Shown here one piece after another: positions 23,598 to 33,856 of a DNA stretch of 64,000 nt. The translations under genes and the position numbers were made by a program. Each line of letters begins with the position of its first letter. Within the stretch, counting starts at the first letter, position 1. Source of the stretch: Pseudomonadales bacterium (GTDB lineage: Bacteria > Pseudomonadota > Gammaproteobacteria > Pseudomonadales > UBA7239). The notes beneath the pieces were generated by a model. That model did no database searches and had not been told where the DNA came from. It worked only from the letters and a program-made list of their open reading frames with translations. The stretch is from assembly GCA_041395665.1 (NCBI GenBank), contig JAWLAB010000003.1:215285-279284 (forward strand), given 5' to 3'.

Positions 23598-23710
23598 GTA
23601 GTTACACTATATATTTAATCTAAACAATTAAAATATAAACTTGAAGATTAATTATAAAATATTTAACAAATACAATAAGTTGAGAAATATATTTAATGTT
23701 AGATATAGCT

Positions 23711-24562
23711 TTAGGTTTTCTGTGCGATAGCCTGCGATAACAGCAAGATTCGCTCCGCTTCTGCCGCGTGTAAGTTCTCAACCAACTTGCCATCCAACAC
23801 CGCCAAACCTGAGCCATCGCGCTCCGCTGCACGCCATACTTCAAGTACTTTCTCAGCATTGCACACCTCGTCGGCAGAGGGTGCAAACACACGATTAGCC
23901 TCATTGATTTGACTCGGATGGATCAGTGATTTGCCATCAAACCCCAGCCATTTACCCTGCTCACAGAGCGCAGCAAAGCCCGCTTCGTCACGAAAATCGA
24001 GATACACGCCGTCGATAATATCCAGGCCCGCCGCTCGCGCCGCGCACACGCAGCGACCCAAGGCGTACTGCAAACCCGCTCTATCCGCACGATGCAGCAC
24101 GCGCAGCTCTTTCGCCAAATCCGAAGTGCCCATCACCAAAACTTCCAGCGAAGGATGGGCGCAAGCGATGGCATCGACATGCATCACGCCGCGCGGCGTT
24201 TCTATCATCGCCCACAGCTTAGCGCTCTGCGGCAAGCGTTCAGCCACAGCAATGACCGTTTCTGCCGATTCCACTTTCGGCAGCACCACAATCTGCACAC
24301 CACTGCTGCCGATTTGGCTCACATCCTCCTCAAACCAAGGCGTACCCTCGGCATTGATACGCACCGCCACTTCGCGCGAGCCAAAGCCACCTGCTTGCAC
24401 GGCGGTAATTGCCTGCGCCCTAGCCTCCATTTTCGCTTCAGGCGAAACGGCATCCTCCAAATCAATCACGATGCAATCCGCTGGCAACTGCTTGGCTTTT
24501 TCCAAGGCTCTGGTGTTATTGGCTGGCATATACAAAACAGAACGGCGCGGTTTTACAGACAC
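23711..24562 (-). CDS. HpcH/HpaI aldolase / citrate lyase beta (CitE)-like acyl-CoA lyase
   Basis: Reads RRSVLYMPANNTRALEKAKQLPADCIVIDLEDAV...IHPSQI, the CitE/malyl-CoA lyase-like pattern. No citD or citF lies nearby. Confidence 0.75.
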   Translation of the reverse strand: MSVKPRRSVLYMPANNTRALEKAKQLPADCIVIDLEDAVSPEAKMEARAQAITAVQAGGFGSREVAVRINAEGTPWFEEDVSQIGSSGVQIVVLPKVESAETVIAVAERLPQSAKLWAMIETPRGVMHVDAIACAHPSLEVLVMGTSDLAKELRVLHRADRAGLQYALGRCVCAARAAGLDIIDGVYLDFRDEAGFAALCEQGKWLGFDGKSLIHPSQINEANRVFAPSADEVCNAEKVLEVWRAAERDGSGLAVLDGKLVENLHAAEAERILLLSQAIAQKT

Positions 24563-24593
24563 AAAGCACTCTCAGCCATTTGATAAGAAATAT

Positions 24594-24626
24594 AGAAAAA
24601 AAACGCCCCTAAAAAGGAGCGTTTTA
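24594..24626 (-). terminator. Rho-independent terminator after sodB
   Basis: The minus strand reads AACGCTCC-TTTTTA-GGGGCGTT followed by T8, about 20 nt after the sodB stop. Confidence 0.7.
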
Positions 24627-24645
24627 TGACGGATACAACGAAGTA

Positions 24646-25224
24646 TCACGCGAAGTTTTTGGCAACAAAATCCCAGTTGACCAAGTTCCAGAAAGACTCC
24701 ACATACTTAGCGCGCGCGTTGCGATAGTCGATGTAGTAAGCGTGTTCCCAGACATCGCAAGTCAGCAGTGGTTTTTTACCTTCAGTCAGTGGGTTGCCCG
24801 CTGCACCCATGTTGACGATTTCCACAGAGCCATCCGCATTTTTCACCAACCAAGTCCAAGCAGAACCGAAGTTGCCCACAGCCATCGTGCTGAATTTTTC
24901 TTTGAATGCCGCAAAAGAACCGTAGGCTTTGTTGATGGCGTCCGCCAGTGCGCCTGTTGGCTCACCGCCGCCGTTGGGTTTCATGCAGTTCCAATAAAAA
25001 GTGTGGTTCCAAATTTGTGCTGCGTTGTTATACACGCCGCCAGAAGAAGCTTTGATGATGTCTTCCAAGCTCTTACCTTCAAATTCCGTGCCCGGCACCA
25101 AGTTATTCAAGTTGGTGACATAAGCCTGATGGTGTTTGCTGTAGTGGAAATCTAGCGTTTCGGCTGAGATATGAGGAGCCAGAGCATCTTTTGCGTAAGG
25201 TAATGCGGGAAGTTCAAAGGCCAT
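24646..25224 (-). CDS. sodB: Fe superoxide dismutase
   Basis: Contains AFELPALPYAKDALAPHISAETLDFHYSKHH and DVWEHAYYIDYRN. Confidence 0.95.
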   Translation of the reverse strand: MAFELPALPYAKDALAPHISAETLDFHYSKHHQAYVTNLNNLVPGTEFEGKSLEDIIKASSGGVYNNAAQIWNHTFYWNCMKPNGGGEPTGALADAINKAYGSFAAFKEKFSTMAVGNFGSAWTWLVKNADGSVEIVNMGAAGNPLTEGKKPLLTCDVWEHAYYIDYRNARAKYVESFWNLVNWDFVAKNFA

Positions 25225-25312
25225 GAGACTTTCTCCTTAATACAACTACAAATGGGGCTGCCAGTATTGGCTTTTTGACGGTGATTGCAAGTACAAACCT
25301 ATTTTTGTGGCA

Positions 25313-25346
25313 TAAAAAAACCCGCATAAACAGCGGGCTTTTTTAC
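25313..25346 (-). terminator. Rho-independent terminator after aceA
   Basis: The minus strand reads AAAAAAGCCCGC-TGTTTAT-GCGGGTTTTTTT, about 20 nt after the aceA stop. A-run and T-run flanks make it potentially bidirectional. Confidence 0.75.
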
Positions 25347-25362
25347 TTTCATCGACTAAAGA

Positions 25363-26700
25363 TCAATGAAATTGCTCTTCTTCTGTCGAGCCAGTCAGCG
25401 CAGTCACTGATGATGCACCACCTTGGATAACGGTCGTCATGTCATCGAAATAACCAGTGCCGACTTCTTGCTGGTGAGCAACAAAGGTATAACCTTTTTC
25501 GCGTGCAGCAAACTCGGGCTCTTGCACCATTTCAACATAGGCAGTCATGTCTTCGCGCGCATAAGCGTATGCGAGCTGGAACATGCTGTGCCACATATTG
25601 TGAATACCAGCCAAAGTGATGAACTGATACTTGTAACCCATCGCCGACAATTCGCGCTGGAATTTAGCGATAGTTGCGTCATCAATGTTTTTCTTCCAGT
25701 TGAATGATGGTGAGCAGTTGTACGCCAACATTTGATCGGGATATTGTTTTCTGATCGCTTCGGCGAATACTTTTGCTTCTTCCAAATCAGGTTTAGCGGT
25801 TTCACACCACAACAAATCAGCATACGGTGCGTAAGCCAAACCACGGCTGATCGCCTGCTCAATGCCAGCGCGTGTGCGATAGAAACCTTCCGCTGTGCGC
25901 TCGCCAACCACAAACGGTTTGTCGTTTGGATCAAAATCAGAAGTCAACAAATCTGCTGCGTTGGCATCAGTGCGCGCCAGTACAATAGTTGGCACATCAG
26001 CCACATCCGCCGCCAAACGCGCAGCCACCAATTTTTGTACCGCTTCTTGTGTAGGCACCAACACTTTGCCGCCCATGTGACCGCACTTCTTCACAGAAGC
26101 CAACTGATCTTCAAAGTGAACGCCCGCTGCGCCCGCTTCAATCATTGAGCGCATCAATTCATAAGCATTCAATACACCGCCGAAGCCTGCTTCTGCGTCA
26201 GCAACGATAGGCAGGAAGTAATCCACATAACCCGCGTCGCTTGGCTTCAAACCGGCTTTCCATTGAATTTGGTCAGCGCGCTTGAAACTGTTGTTGATGC
26301 GTTTTACCACCGCTGGCACAGAATCAACGGGATACAAAGATTGGTCTGGATACATAGTGGATGCAGAGTTGTTGTCTGCCGCAACCTGCCAGCCAGAGAG
26401 GTAAATCGCTTGCACGCCAGCTTTAGCTTGTTGCACCGCTTGACCGCCAGTCAACGCGCCCATGCAGTTCACGAAATCTTTTTCAGGACGGAAAGCAGGC
26501 TTGGCACCTTTAGTCACCATTTCCCACAATTTTTCTGCACCGCGTTTTGCAATGGTGTTTTCTACTTTGATCGAGCCGCGCAGACGCACAACATCTTCAG
26601 CAGAATACGGACGAGTAACGCCTTTCCAACGAGGGTTTTCAGCCCAATCTTTTTTCAGGCGGGCAATCTCAGCATCGCGGTCATAATTACCGATGGACAT
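25363..26700 (-). CDS. aceA: Isocitrate lyase
   Basis: Contains [19 protein letters not shown] and the catalytic signature [12 protein letters not shown]. Confidence 0.95.
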   Translation of the reverse strand: MSIGNYDRDAEIARLKKDWAENPRWKGVTRPYSAEDVVRLRGSIKVENTIAKRGAEKLWEMVTKGAKPAFRPEKDFVNCMGALTGGQAVQQAKAGVQAIYLSGWQVAADNNSASTMYPDQSLYPVDSVPAVVKRINNSFKRADQIQWKAGLKPSDAGYVDYFLPIVADAEAGFGGVLNAYELMRSMIEAGAAGVHFEDQLASVKKCGHMGGKVLVPTQEAVQKLVAARLAADVADVPTIVLARTDANAADLLTSDFDPNDKPFVVGERTAEGFYRTRAGIEQAISRGLAYAPYADLLWCETAKPDLEEAKVFAEAIRKQYPDQMLAYNCSPSFNWKKNIDDATIAKFQRELSAMGYKYQFITLAGIHNMWHSMFQLAYAYAREDMTAYVEMVQEPEFAAREKGYTFVAHQQEVGTGYFDDMTTVIQGGASSVTALTGSTEEEQFH

Positions 26701-26906
26701 GGTGGTCTCCAGTAAGGGTCTAGGGTGGTGAAAGGAGGCGGCATTCTAGGGATTCAGCGCTGATTTTTCTACCCAAAAGCGTAGATTTGCTGCATTTTTG
26801 CTGTATTGCTTTGAAGTATTTTTACAACACGCTCTGCTATCATGCGCGCGATACAGAAATCACCTGTTTTTTCTGCTTTTCCTCCTTGAAATAAGAGTCA
26901 TCCACT

Positions 26907-29105
26907 ATGAGCAATCACACTACTCCCCGTATTTCTCAAGGTAATTTGCAAATTGCTGAACCACTTTATCGCTTGGTGGCGGATGAAGTGCTGCCTGATC
27001 TCGACATCAGCACAGAAGATTTTTGGAGTGCGTTTGAATCGATCGTGATGGATCTCGGACCGAAGAACAACATCCTGCTCGACAAACGCAACACGCTGCA
27101 AAAACAAATCGACACTTGGCATCAATCGCATTGCGACAAACCTCACGACCACGATAAATACAAAGCCTTCTTAGAAAAAATTGGTTACTTGATGCCAGAA
27201 GGTGCTGATTTCAGTATTAGCACGGGGCATGTCGATGAAGAAATTGCCACACTCGCTGGACCACAATTGGTTGTGCCGGTAAAAAATGCGCGCTATGCGT
27301 TGAACGCTGCGAATGCGCGTTGGGGCTCTTTGTACGATGCACTGTACGGCACCGATGTAATTGACGAAGCTGACGGCTGCGAACGCGGCAACAGTTACAA
27401 CCCTGTGCGTGGTGCAAAAGTTATTGCTTATGTGCGTCATTTTTTAGATGAGGTCGCCCCACTCGCCAACGGCTCGCACGCTGATGCGGTGAAATACGCC
27501 ATCATCAACGCGCAGTTAGAAGTCACGCTAAAGAATGGCGACAAAACTGCACTAAAAAAACCAGAACAATTTGCCGGTTACTGGTTCCGCAATACTGACG
27601 GCAATCCATCCAACCCATCGCATGTTTTGTTGCGCAACAACGGTCTTTACATCGACATTCAAATTGATGCGGAGCATGTTGTCGGTCGCGATGATCCTGC
27701 GCATATCAAAGATGTTGCCTTGGAATCTGCCATCACCACCATTCAAGATTGTGAAGATTCTGTCGCCGCTGTTGACGGTGAAGACAAAACAGAAATTTAT
27801 CGCAACTGGTTGGGCTTAATGAAAGGCACGCTGGTGGATACTTTCCTGAAAAATGGCAAAGAAGTGACGCGAACCCTCGCACCGGATTTGCATGCACTCA
27901 ACCCAAAAGGCGAGCCGATTACTCTGCACGGTCGCGCCTTGATGCTGGTGCGCAATGTTGGGCATTTGATGACCAACGAAGCCGTTTTATTAAAAGACGA
28001 AGAAGTACCGGAAGGTATTTTGGACGCCATGATTACCGTTGCCATCGCGATGCACGACTTGAAAGATAAAGGCACACGCAAAAACTCGCGCACCAATTCA
28101 GTATACATTGTTAAACCCAAAATGCACGGCCCCGAAGAAGTGGCGTTTGCTTGCGAAATTTTTGGTCGCGTTGAACATGCACTCGGCTTAGCACGCAATA
28201 CGGTCAAAATCGGCATCATGGACGAAGAGCGCCGCACCACCGTCAACTTAAAAGAATGCATTCGCGCTGCAAAAGAACGCGTCATTTTTATCAACACCGG
28301 ATTTTTAGATCGCACGGGCGATGAAATTCATACCTCAATGGAAGCTGGTGTGATGGTGCGTAAAAACGAAATGAAACAAAAACCGTGGATCAGCGCTTAC
28401 GAAAATTGGAATGTTGATATCGGCTTGGCGTGTGGACTTTCTGGTAAAGCGCAAATCGGTAAAGGTATGTGGGCGATGCCAGATTTGATGAAAGAAATGG
28501 TTGCTACCAAAATTGCACACCCTATGGCGGGTGCGAATACGGCATGGGTTCCCTCGCCGACTGCTGCCACATTGCACGCAATGCACTATCACAAAGTGAA
28601 TGTGTTTGAACGCCAAAAAGAATTACAGAATCGTACGCGCGCCAGCCTTGATGACATTCTCACGCTGCCGCTATTAGGCGACACCAAATTGAGCGATGAA
28701 GAAATTCAGCAAGAATTGGACAACAACTGCCAAAGCATACTCGGCTATGTGGTGCGCTGGATCGATCAAGGTGTCGGCTGCTCCAAAGTGCCAGACATCA
28801 ATGACATTGGCTTGATGGAAGATCGCGCCACGCTGCGTATTTCTAGTCAACACATTGCCAACTGGTTGCGCCACGATTTTTGCAAACGCGTACAAGTGTT
28901 AGAAACTTTCAAACGCATGGCTGTGGTAGTTGATCGACAAAATGCGGGTGATCCGAACTATCGCAATATGTCACCCAACTTCGATGAGTCTGTTGCGTTT
29001 CAAGCGGCGTGTGAATTGGTGTTTGGTGGTGTGCATCAGCCGAATGGTTACACCGAGCCAGTATTGCACCGGCGCCGTCGTGAATTGAAAGCTGCAGCGC
29101 AATAA
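26907..29105 (+). CDS. glcB: Malate synthase G
   Basis: 732 aa, which matches the length and organisation of G-type malate synthase. Contains [17 protein letters not shown] and [14 protein letters not shown]. It is divergent from aceA. Confidence 0.93.
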   Translation: MSNHTTPRISQGNLQIAEPLYRLVADEVLPDLDISTEDFWSAFESIVMDLGPKNNILLDKRNTLQKQIDTWHQSHCDKPHDHDKYKAFLEKIGYLMPEGADFSISTGHVDEEIATLAGPQLVVPVKNARYALNAANARWGSLYDALYGTDVIDEADGCERGNSYNPVRGAKVIAYVRHFLDEVAPLANGSHADAVKYAIINAQLEVTLKNGDKTALKKPEQFAGYWFRNTDGNPSNPSHVLLRNNGLYIDIQIDAEHVVGRDDPAHIKDVALESAITTIQDCEDSVAAVDGEDKTEIYRNWLGLMKGTLVDTFLKNGKEVTRTLAPDLHALNPKGEPITLHGRALMLVRNVGHLMTNEAVLLKDEEVPEGILDAMITVAIAMHDLKDKGTRKNSRTNSVYIVKPKMHGPEEVAFACEIFGRVEHALGLARNTVKIGIMDEERRTTVNLKECIRAAKERVIFINTGFLDRTGDEIHTSMEAGVMVRKNEMKQKPWISAYENWNVDIGLACGLSGKAQIGKGMWAMPDLMKEMVATKIAHPMAGANTAWVPSPTAATLHAMHYHKVNVFERQKELQNRTRASLDDILTLPLLGDTKLSDEEIQQELDNNCQSILGYVVRWIDQGVGCSKVPDINDIGLMEDRATLRISSQHIANWLRHDFCKRVQVLETFKRMAVVVDRQNAGDPNYRNMSPNFDESVAFQAACELVFGGVHQPNGYTEPVLHRRRRELKAAAQ

Positions 29106-29121
29106 AACGCGCCGCAGAAAT

Positions 29122-32100
29122 TTAATTCACATCCAGAGACAAGGCGGTCGTCAATGACGCCTTCTCTGGATCAGCATTCACATCCAACACGAATACGCGC
29201 TCTGGTGCGATGGCATTTTTCTCAACCAATTCCGCTTTAATTTGCGTTGCACGCTCCAATGCCAATTGCCTGAGTTCATCATCTTTGACATCCATCGTAT
29301 TGCGCATTGTCTTCCACGCTTGTTCATAAGCGGCGCGCTTGAGGGAGTCGCCGTCCGGTTTCTCGCCTTTTGCACCCAGTTGCGCTTTGAGCTTGTTTTG
29401 CACATCGCCTAAATCTTCAGCCTTGGCTTTTTTGTAATAACGATTTAGCGCGCGATACGCACCGCCATCATCCACCGCAGACACGGGCGACAAATAAGTT
29501 TCCACCGGTGCATTGCTGTCTTGCTGCAAAACCAGCGCCAACTTTTTATCTTGCAAGGCTGCGCGATCGGCATCCGGCAAACTATTGCCCTGTACGGTAA
29601 TCCGCAAGCTAGCGCGCTTATTGAGCAAGTCTGCTGCTGTTTTTAGTTTGGCCATAGACGCGCCATCCAGCTGCGACTGCCCTGCCAGAAAATCAATTCT
29701 GTCGACACCCTCAGCAGCGTCACCGCCACCACCAGCAAGTGAAGCAATGGCTTTGAATGGTGAAGTCACCACCTTCATCACCATATTGCTCAACACTTTC
29801 CACAAAATACCGCCAACAGAAAATTGTGGGTCGTTGAGATCACCACCCACTTCAAAACCTAAATCAATCACACCGTTTTCATCGCGCAGTAGCGCAATCG
29901 CTAAACGCAACGGCAAATCCATTGCTTTAGGGCTCTGTACCGATTCACCCAACTGCAACTGATTCATCACAATTTTGTTCTTGCCTTGAATTTTGTTATC
30001 GACCAACTGGTAATTGAGATCGATCGACAGCTGGCCTTGTTTAATTTTGAAGCCCGCATAAGTGCCGGAATACGGTGTAAAAGTTGTCAGCTCCAAATTA
30101 TTAAACGCAAAATGCGTATCTAAACTCGGCTTAGCGGCTAAAGGATTCATTGTTCCGCTGATCACAACCGGCGCATAGCGATCTACTTTGCCTTTCAGAT
30201 TAATATTCGCCTGCGTTTTAGGGTTGGAAGAAAGCCCTTTGATAGAACCCGACAACTGGCTCATAGCCACTTTGAAGTTCGGCTTCATGGTCATATCGGC
30301 AAAACCCAAATTGGCATTGCGAATATCTATGCTGCCTATAGCCAACTTCATCGGTGCTGCGGGTTTCTCATTTTTTGCTACAGCCGGCTTTGTTGCCGAA
30401 GATTTTTTTGCTGATTCAGGCTTTGACGATTCAACCAACAGTTTTTGGATATTGGTTGAACCATCGTTATAAATAACAAACCCTGTTTCAGGTTTGTCCA
30501 ATGTCACTTTTTCAATATTCAATGCATTGTCAGGCAATTGGAAAGACAAGCCTGCAATATCCAACGCATTCCACTGCAATAGTTTTTTATCACCATTCAA
30601 CTCTTGCACTAACAATTGCTGAATATTTGATGTGCCTTTGATGCCGACAACGGGGTTCTCCGCTGATTCAAAACGCACATCGAGAGCCGCATTGAGCTGC
30701 CCGTTTTTAATTTGTGCGCGCACCGCGCCTTGCACATACGGCTGAATTAGCGACAACGGCAACTTGTCCAGTTTGATTTGTGTGTCCGCCACGAGTGGCG
30801 TCAACTGCAACTGCGTATTGATTTGCAGCTGTCCAGCTTGCGGCACTTTTTCTCCTGCAATACCACTCTGAATTTGCACAGCAAATTTATCGGGTGAAAG
30901 TGGCTTCCACTCATCCATAGCAATGGATAGCGGCGTCAGGCTGAGTGCTAAAACCTGCGCAGGTTTTTCATCACGAATATTGATGGTGTAGTTATCGAAG
31001 CGAATTTTATGAATCAACACATCCCACGGCTTTGCTTCTGCTGGTGGCGCACTTGCCGGTGCTGCGGCGGCAGTATCTGGCTGTACTTGCGACTCAGTAG
31101 ATGCAGAAGTTGCGGTTGGATTTTCTGACACAGGCGGCGCAAACAATGTCTGCAAATTTGCTACACCTTGTTTGTCCATCACTAAATTAATGACGCCGTT
31201 ATCCGCTTGAAAACCGCCGACCACAACCGACTGCTGCACTAGGTTCACATTCACATCATTAACAGCCAATGCGGGCAACTGAATCACAGGCACATCGGCA
31301 TTGTCTTTGCTGTAAATACTCAAATCTTTTAATGCCAGCGAAGTATTGAGCGCCTGAAAATCAAACACATTAGTCGCTTTCACTGAGAACTGTGTTTTGA
31401 AAGCAAGATGCGGCGCTTTGAGATTGAAATTAACCGGCAGCATCAACCACTGCCAAGCAGGCGCGAGATCAAGATTATCAATGGCGAGATGACCATCCAA
31501 CTGCAACGGCTTCAAACTTTCTAATACAGCACCCAACTGCACTGTGCCGCCGCGTGTATCACTGACTTCTAAGGTAAATTGATTAGCGTGCTCGCGTTTC
31601 TTGGTATAAAAATCGCTAATCGAAACAGTCGGCAAATCAATTTTCTGAACGAAACCACCCGCACGGCTGGCATCGCGATAATCAACCACACCACCTTGAA
31701 TATTGAGATTGCCCAACCAAAACGCAGGCGGCGGTGCATTGGTATCCGCTTCTACTTTTTCAGGTTCTGCTGGCGTTGTGCTGGCCAAATTGGCAAAGGC
31801 ATCCAGCAGCGTGAAGCCACCCTTGCCATTGGCATCCAATTTAACAAACGGCTTTGCAAGAATGATGTTCTCAACACCATAACGCAAACGAAATGCAGAG
31901 AGAACGCTGTAATCCACACAGAACAAATCAAATGACAACAACGCGCTATTGTCTGTGTCTGCAATTTTGAAACCTTCAATTTGCAGCTTTACCGCATAAG
32001 GATTAAACCGCACATCGGCAACTTCAACCGTGCGTTGCAATTGTTGGGCAAAGTTATGCGTGAGATAGCGTTGTAAATACCACGGCAAAAAGAAAAAGCC

Positions 32101-32202
32101 GAGCAAGGTATAGAGCAATAAAATGGATGACAGCGTGATCAGTGTGCGGCGATATTTACACGCTATCTGACGGCATTGTTTAATTAACGCTTTACCATCC
32201 AT
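29122..32202 (-). CDS. DUF748-domain giant envelope protein (AsmA-like)
   Basis: 1026 aa. It has an N-terminal TM anchor (LITLSSILLLYTLLGFFFLPWYL), then long beta-rich repeats typical of DUF748/AsmA-like proteins. Family assignment is from memory of the N-terminal pattern. Confidence 0.65.
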   Translation of the reverse strand: MDGKALIKQCRQIACKYRRTLITLSSILLLYTLLGFFFLPWYLQRYLTHNFAQQLQRTVEVADVRFNPYAVKLQIEGFKIADTDNSALLSFDLFCVDYSVLSAFRLRYGVENIILAKPFVKLDANGKGGFTLLDAFANLASTTPAEPEKVEADTNAPPPAFWLGNLNIQGGVVDYRDASRAGGFVQKIDLPTVSISDFYTKKREHANQFTLEVSDTRGGTVQLGAVLESLKPLQLDGHLAIDNLDLAPAWQWLMLPVNFNLKAPHLAFKTQFSVKATNVFDFQALNTSLALKDLSIYSKDNADVPVIQLPALAVNDVNVNLVQQSVVVGGFQADNGVINLVMDKQGVANLQTLFAPPVSENPTATSASTESQVQPDTAAAAPASAPPAEAKPWDVLIHKIRFDNYTINIRDEKPAQVLALSLTPLSIAMDEWKPLSPDKFAVQIQSGIAGEKVPQAGQLQINTQLQLTPLVADTQIKLDKLPLSLIQPYVQGAVRAQIKNGQLNAALDVRFESAENPVVGIKGTSNIQQLLVQELNGDKKLLQWNALDIAGLSFQLPDNALNIEKVTLDKPETGFVIYNDGSTNIQKLLVESSKPESAKKSSATKPAVAKNEKPAAPMKLAIGSIDIRNANLGFADMTMKPNFKVAMSQLSGSIKGLSSNPKTQANINLKGKVDRYAPVVISGTMNPLAAKPSLDTHFAFNNLELTTFTPYSGTYAGFKIKQGQLSIDLNYQLVDNKIQGKNKIVMNQLQLGESVQSPKAMDLPLRLAIALLRDENGVIDLGFEVGGDLNDPQFSVGGILWKVLSNMVMKVVTSPFKAIASLAGGGGDAAEGVDRIDFLAGQSQLDGASMAKLKTAADLLNKRASLRITVQGNSLPDADRAALQDKKLALVLQQDSNAPVETYLSPVSAVDDGGAYRALNRYYKKAKAEDLGDVQNKLKAQLGAKGEKPDGDSLKRAAYEQAWKTMRNTMDVKDDELRQLALERATQIKAELVEKNAIAPERVFVLDVNADPEKASLTTALSLDVN

Positions 32203-32222
32203 CGTAACTCTCCTTAAAACTA

Positions 32223-32708
32223 TTAGTCGTGGTGATGTCCGCCTTCACCGTGCGCATGCCCGTGCGCAATTTCTTCTTCTGTGGCCGCTCTTACGCTAAC
32301 AATTTCAATATCAAAAGTCAGTGTTTTTCCTGCCAGCGGATGATTGGTATCCACTTCTGCCATGAACTTGCCAGGTTTAACCACGGTCACTTGGCGCGGG
32401 CCTTCTTGCGTTTCCACCCAAGCAATATCGCCCGCCTTCAGCTTGCCATTAAATTTCAGGCGTTTGATCGAGATACGCTGTTGCATCTGCGGATTGATCA
32501 CACCGTAAGCGCGCTCAGGCGGCAGCGTGACGCTAACGGCATCTCCTGCTGCTTTGCCAACAAGCACTTCTTCAAGACCCGACAAAATATTGTCGTGACC
32601 GTGCAGATAAGCCACCGGCTCTTCTGTGCGCGAATCCTCGGTAAACGCGCCACCTTGTTCGCTTAAGCGATAGTGAAAAACAACAACGGAATCTTTGGAG
32701 ATTTGCAT
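32223..32708 (-). CDS. slyD: FKBP-type peptidyl-prolyl isomerase with His-rich tail (SlyD-like)
   Basis: The internal Met gives MQISKDSVVVFHYRL. It has an FKBP fold with an inserted flap and the C-terminal tail HGHAHGEGGHHHD. Confidence 0.85.
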   Translation of the reverse strand: MQISKDSVVVFHYRLSEQGGAFTEDSRTEEPVAYLHGHDNILSGLEEVLVGKAAGDAVSVTLPPERAYGVINPQMQQRISIKRLKFNGKLKAGDIAWVETQEGPRQVTVVKPGKFMAEVDTNHPLAGKTLTFDIEIVSVRAATEEEIAHGHAHGEGGHHHD

Positions 32709-32796
32709 AAAGGTTTTCCTCAACAAACTGCTAAAATATGCGCCCAGTATATATTTGTTTATTCCGCCTGAGTTTTATTTATAGGAGCAACTAGGC

Positions 32797-33078
32797 ATGT
32801 TAAAAGTCAATGAATACTTTGATGGGAAAGTAAAATCTATCGCGTTTCAAGGTGAAAAATTACCGGCAACTGTCGGCGTGATGGCGCCCGGTGATTACGA
32901 ATTTGGCACCAGCCAAAAAGAAGTCATGACGGTAGTGAGTGGCCAGTTAGTGGTAAAGCTCCCTGGCAATGAAACTTGGCAAACTTTCAATGCCGGTGAC
33001 GCATTCGAAGTGGCAGCCAATGTTAAATTTCAATTAAAAGTGGCTGCCGATACTGCTTATTTATGCACCTACGAGTAA
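32797..33078 (+). CDS. ppnP: Pyrimidine/purine nucleoside phosphorylase (DUF1255)
   Basis: Begins [18 protein letters not shown]. At 93 aa it closely resembles E. coli PpnP/YaiE. Confidence 0.88.
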   Translation: MLKVNEYFDGKVKSIAFQGEKLPATVGVMAPGDYEFGTSQKEVMTVVSGQLVVKLPGNETWQTFNAGDAFEVAANVKFQLKVAADTAYLCTYE

Positions 33079-33088
33079 GCCTTGCGGC

Positions 33089-33832
33089 TTAACTCATGTA
33101 CATCCCGCCGTTGACATGGATCGTCTCGCCGGTGATGTAGCCCGCAGGCTCTGAAGCCAAGAACGCCACGACCGCAGCAATTTCTTCTGGCTTACCCAAA
33201 CGCGCCAGAGGAATCTGATTCAACAGCATTTGTTTTTGCTCTTCCGGCAGCACATGCGTCATGTCGGTGTCGATAAATCCGGGGGCAACGGTGTTCACCG
33301 TGATATTGCGCGAACCAATTTCACGCGCTAATGCACGCGCAAAACCTGCCACACCTGCTTTAGTCGCCGCGTAGTTACTCTGACCCGCATTACCCATCTC
33401 ACCGACAACGGAACTTATATTAATGATGCGTCCCCAGCGCGCTTTTGTCATGCCGCGCAAACACGCGCGCGACAAACGAAACACTGAAGTCAAATTTGTG
33501 GCGATAACATCGTCCCACTCTTCATCTTTCATACGCATCAAAATATTGTCTTTGGTGATGCCTGCGTTATTCACCAAAATATCAATATTGCCAAACTGTT
33601 CATTGATGGATTTGATCGCTGCTTCAACGGAATTAGCATCCGTGACATTCAACACGACGCCATCACCTTTATAAACTTCAGCTTTCAGACGCTCTGCAAT
33701 TGCGGCAGCACCAGATGCGCTCGTCGCAGTACCGATAACAGTAGCGCCCATTTTTGCCAAAGCTTCAGCAATCGCGCGGCCAATACCACGGCTTGCGCCT
33801 GTCACCAATGCTACTTTTCCTTCAATACTCAT
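33089..33832 (-). CDS. fabG: 3-oxoacyl-ACP reductase
   Basis: Contains KVALVTGASRGIGRAIA, NNAGIT and NYAATKAGVAGF. Synteny with fabD. Confidence 0.95.
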   Translation of the reverse strand: MSIEGKVALVTGASRGIGRAIAEALAKMGATVIGTATSASGAAAIAERLKAEVYKGDGVVLNVTDANSVEAAIKSINEQFGNIDILVNNAGITKDNILMRMKDEEWDDVIATNLTSVFRLSRACLRGMTKARWGRIINISSVVGEMGNAGQSNYAATKAGVAGFARALAREIGSRNITVNTVAPGFIDTDMTHVLPEEQKQMLLNQIPLARLGKPEEIAAVVAFLASEPAGYITGETIHVNGGMYMS

Positions 33833-33856
33833 TTCAAAATCCTCGTTAAATACTCA

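Noticed and set aside
23931-24629. A 232-aa plus-strand ORF, and many similar 60-180-aa ORFs, opposite fabF (11444..12268), livM (15235..15691), aceA, glcB, kup and the WbpL-like gene.
   Set aside because: These are antisense or out-of-frame ORFs within well-supported genes. Their Ala/Arg/Ser/Pro-rich composition is typical of off-frame reading, and they contain no motifs.
12860-33088. Calling the 20-kb block between acpP and fabG a mobile genomic island.
   Set aside because: I found no integrase, transposase, tRNA target, flanking direct repeats or conjugation/phage genes. The content is core-type metabolism. It is reported only as a synteny break.
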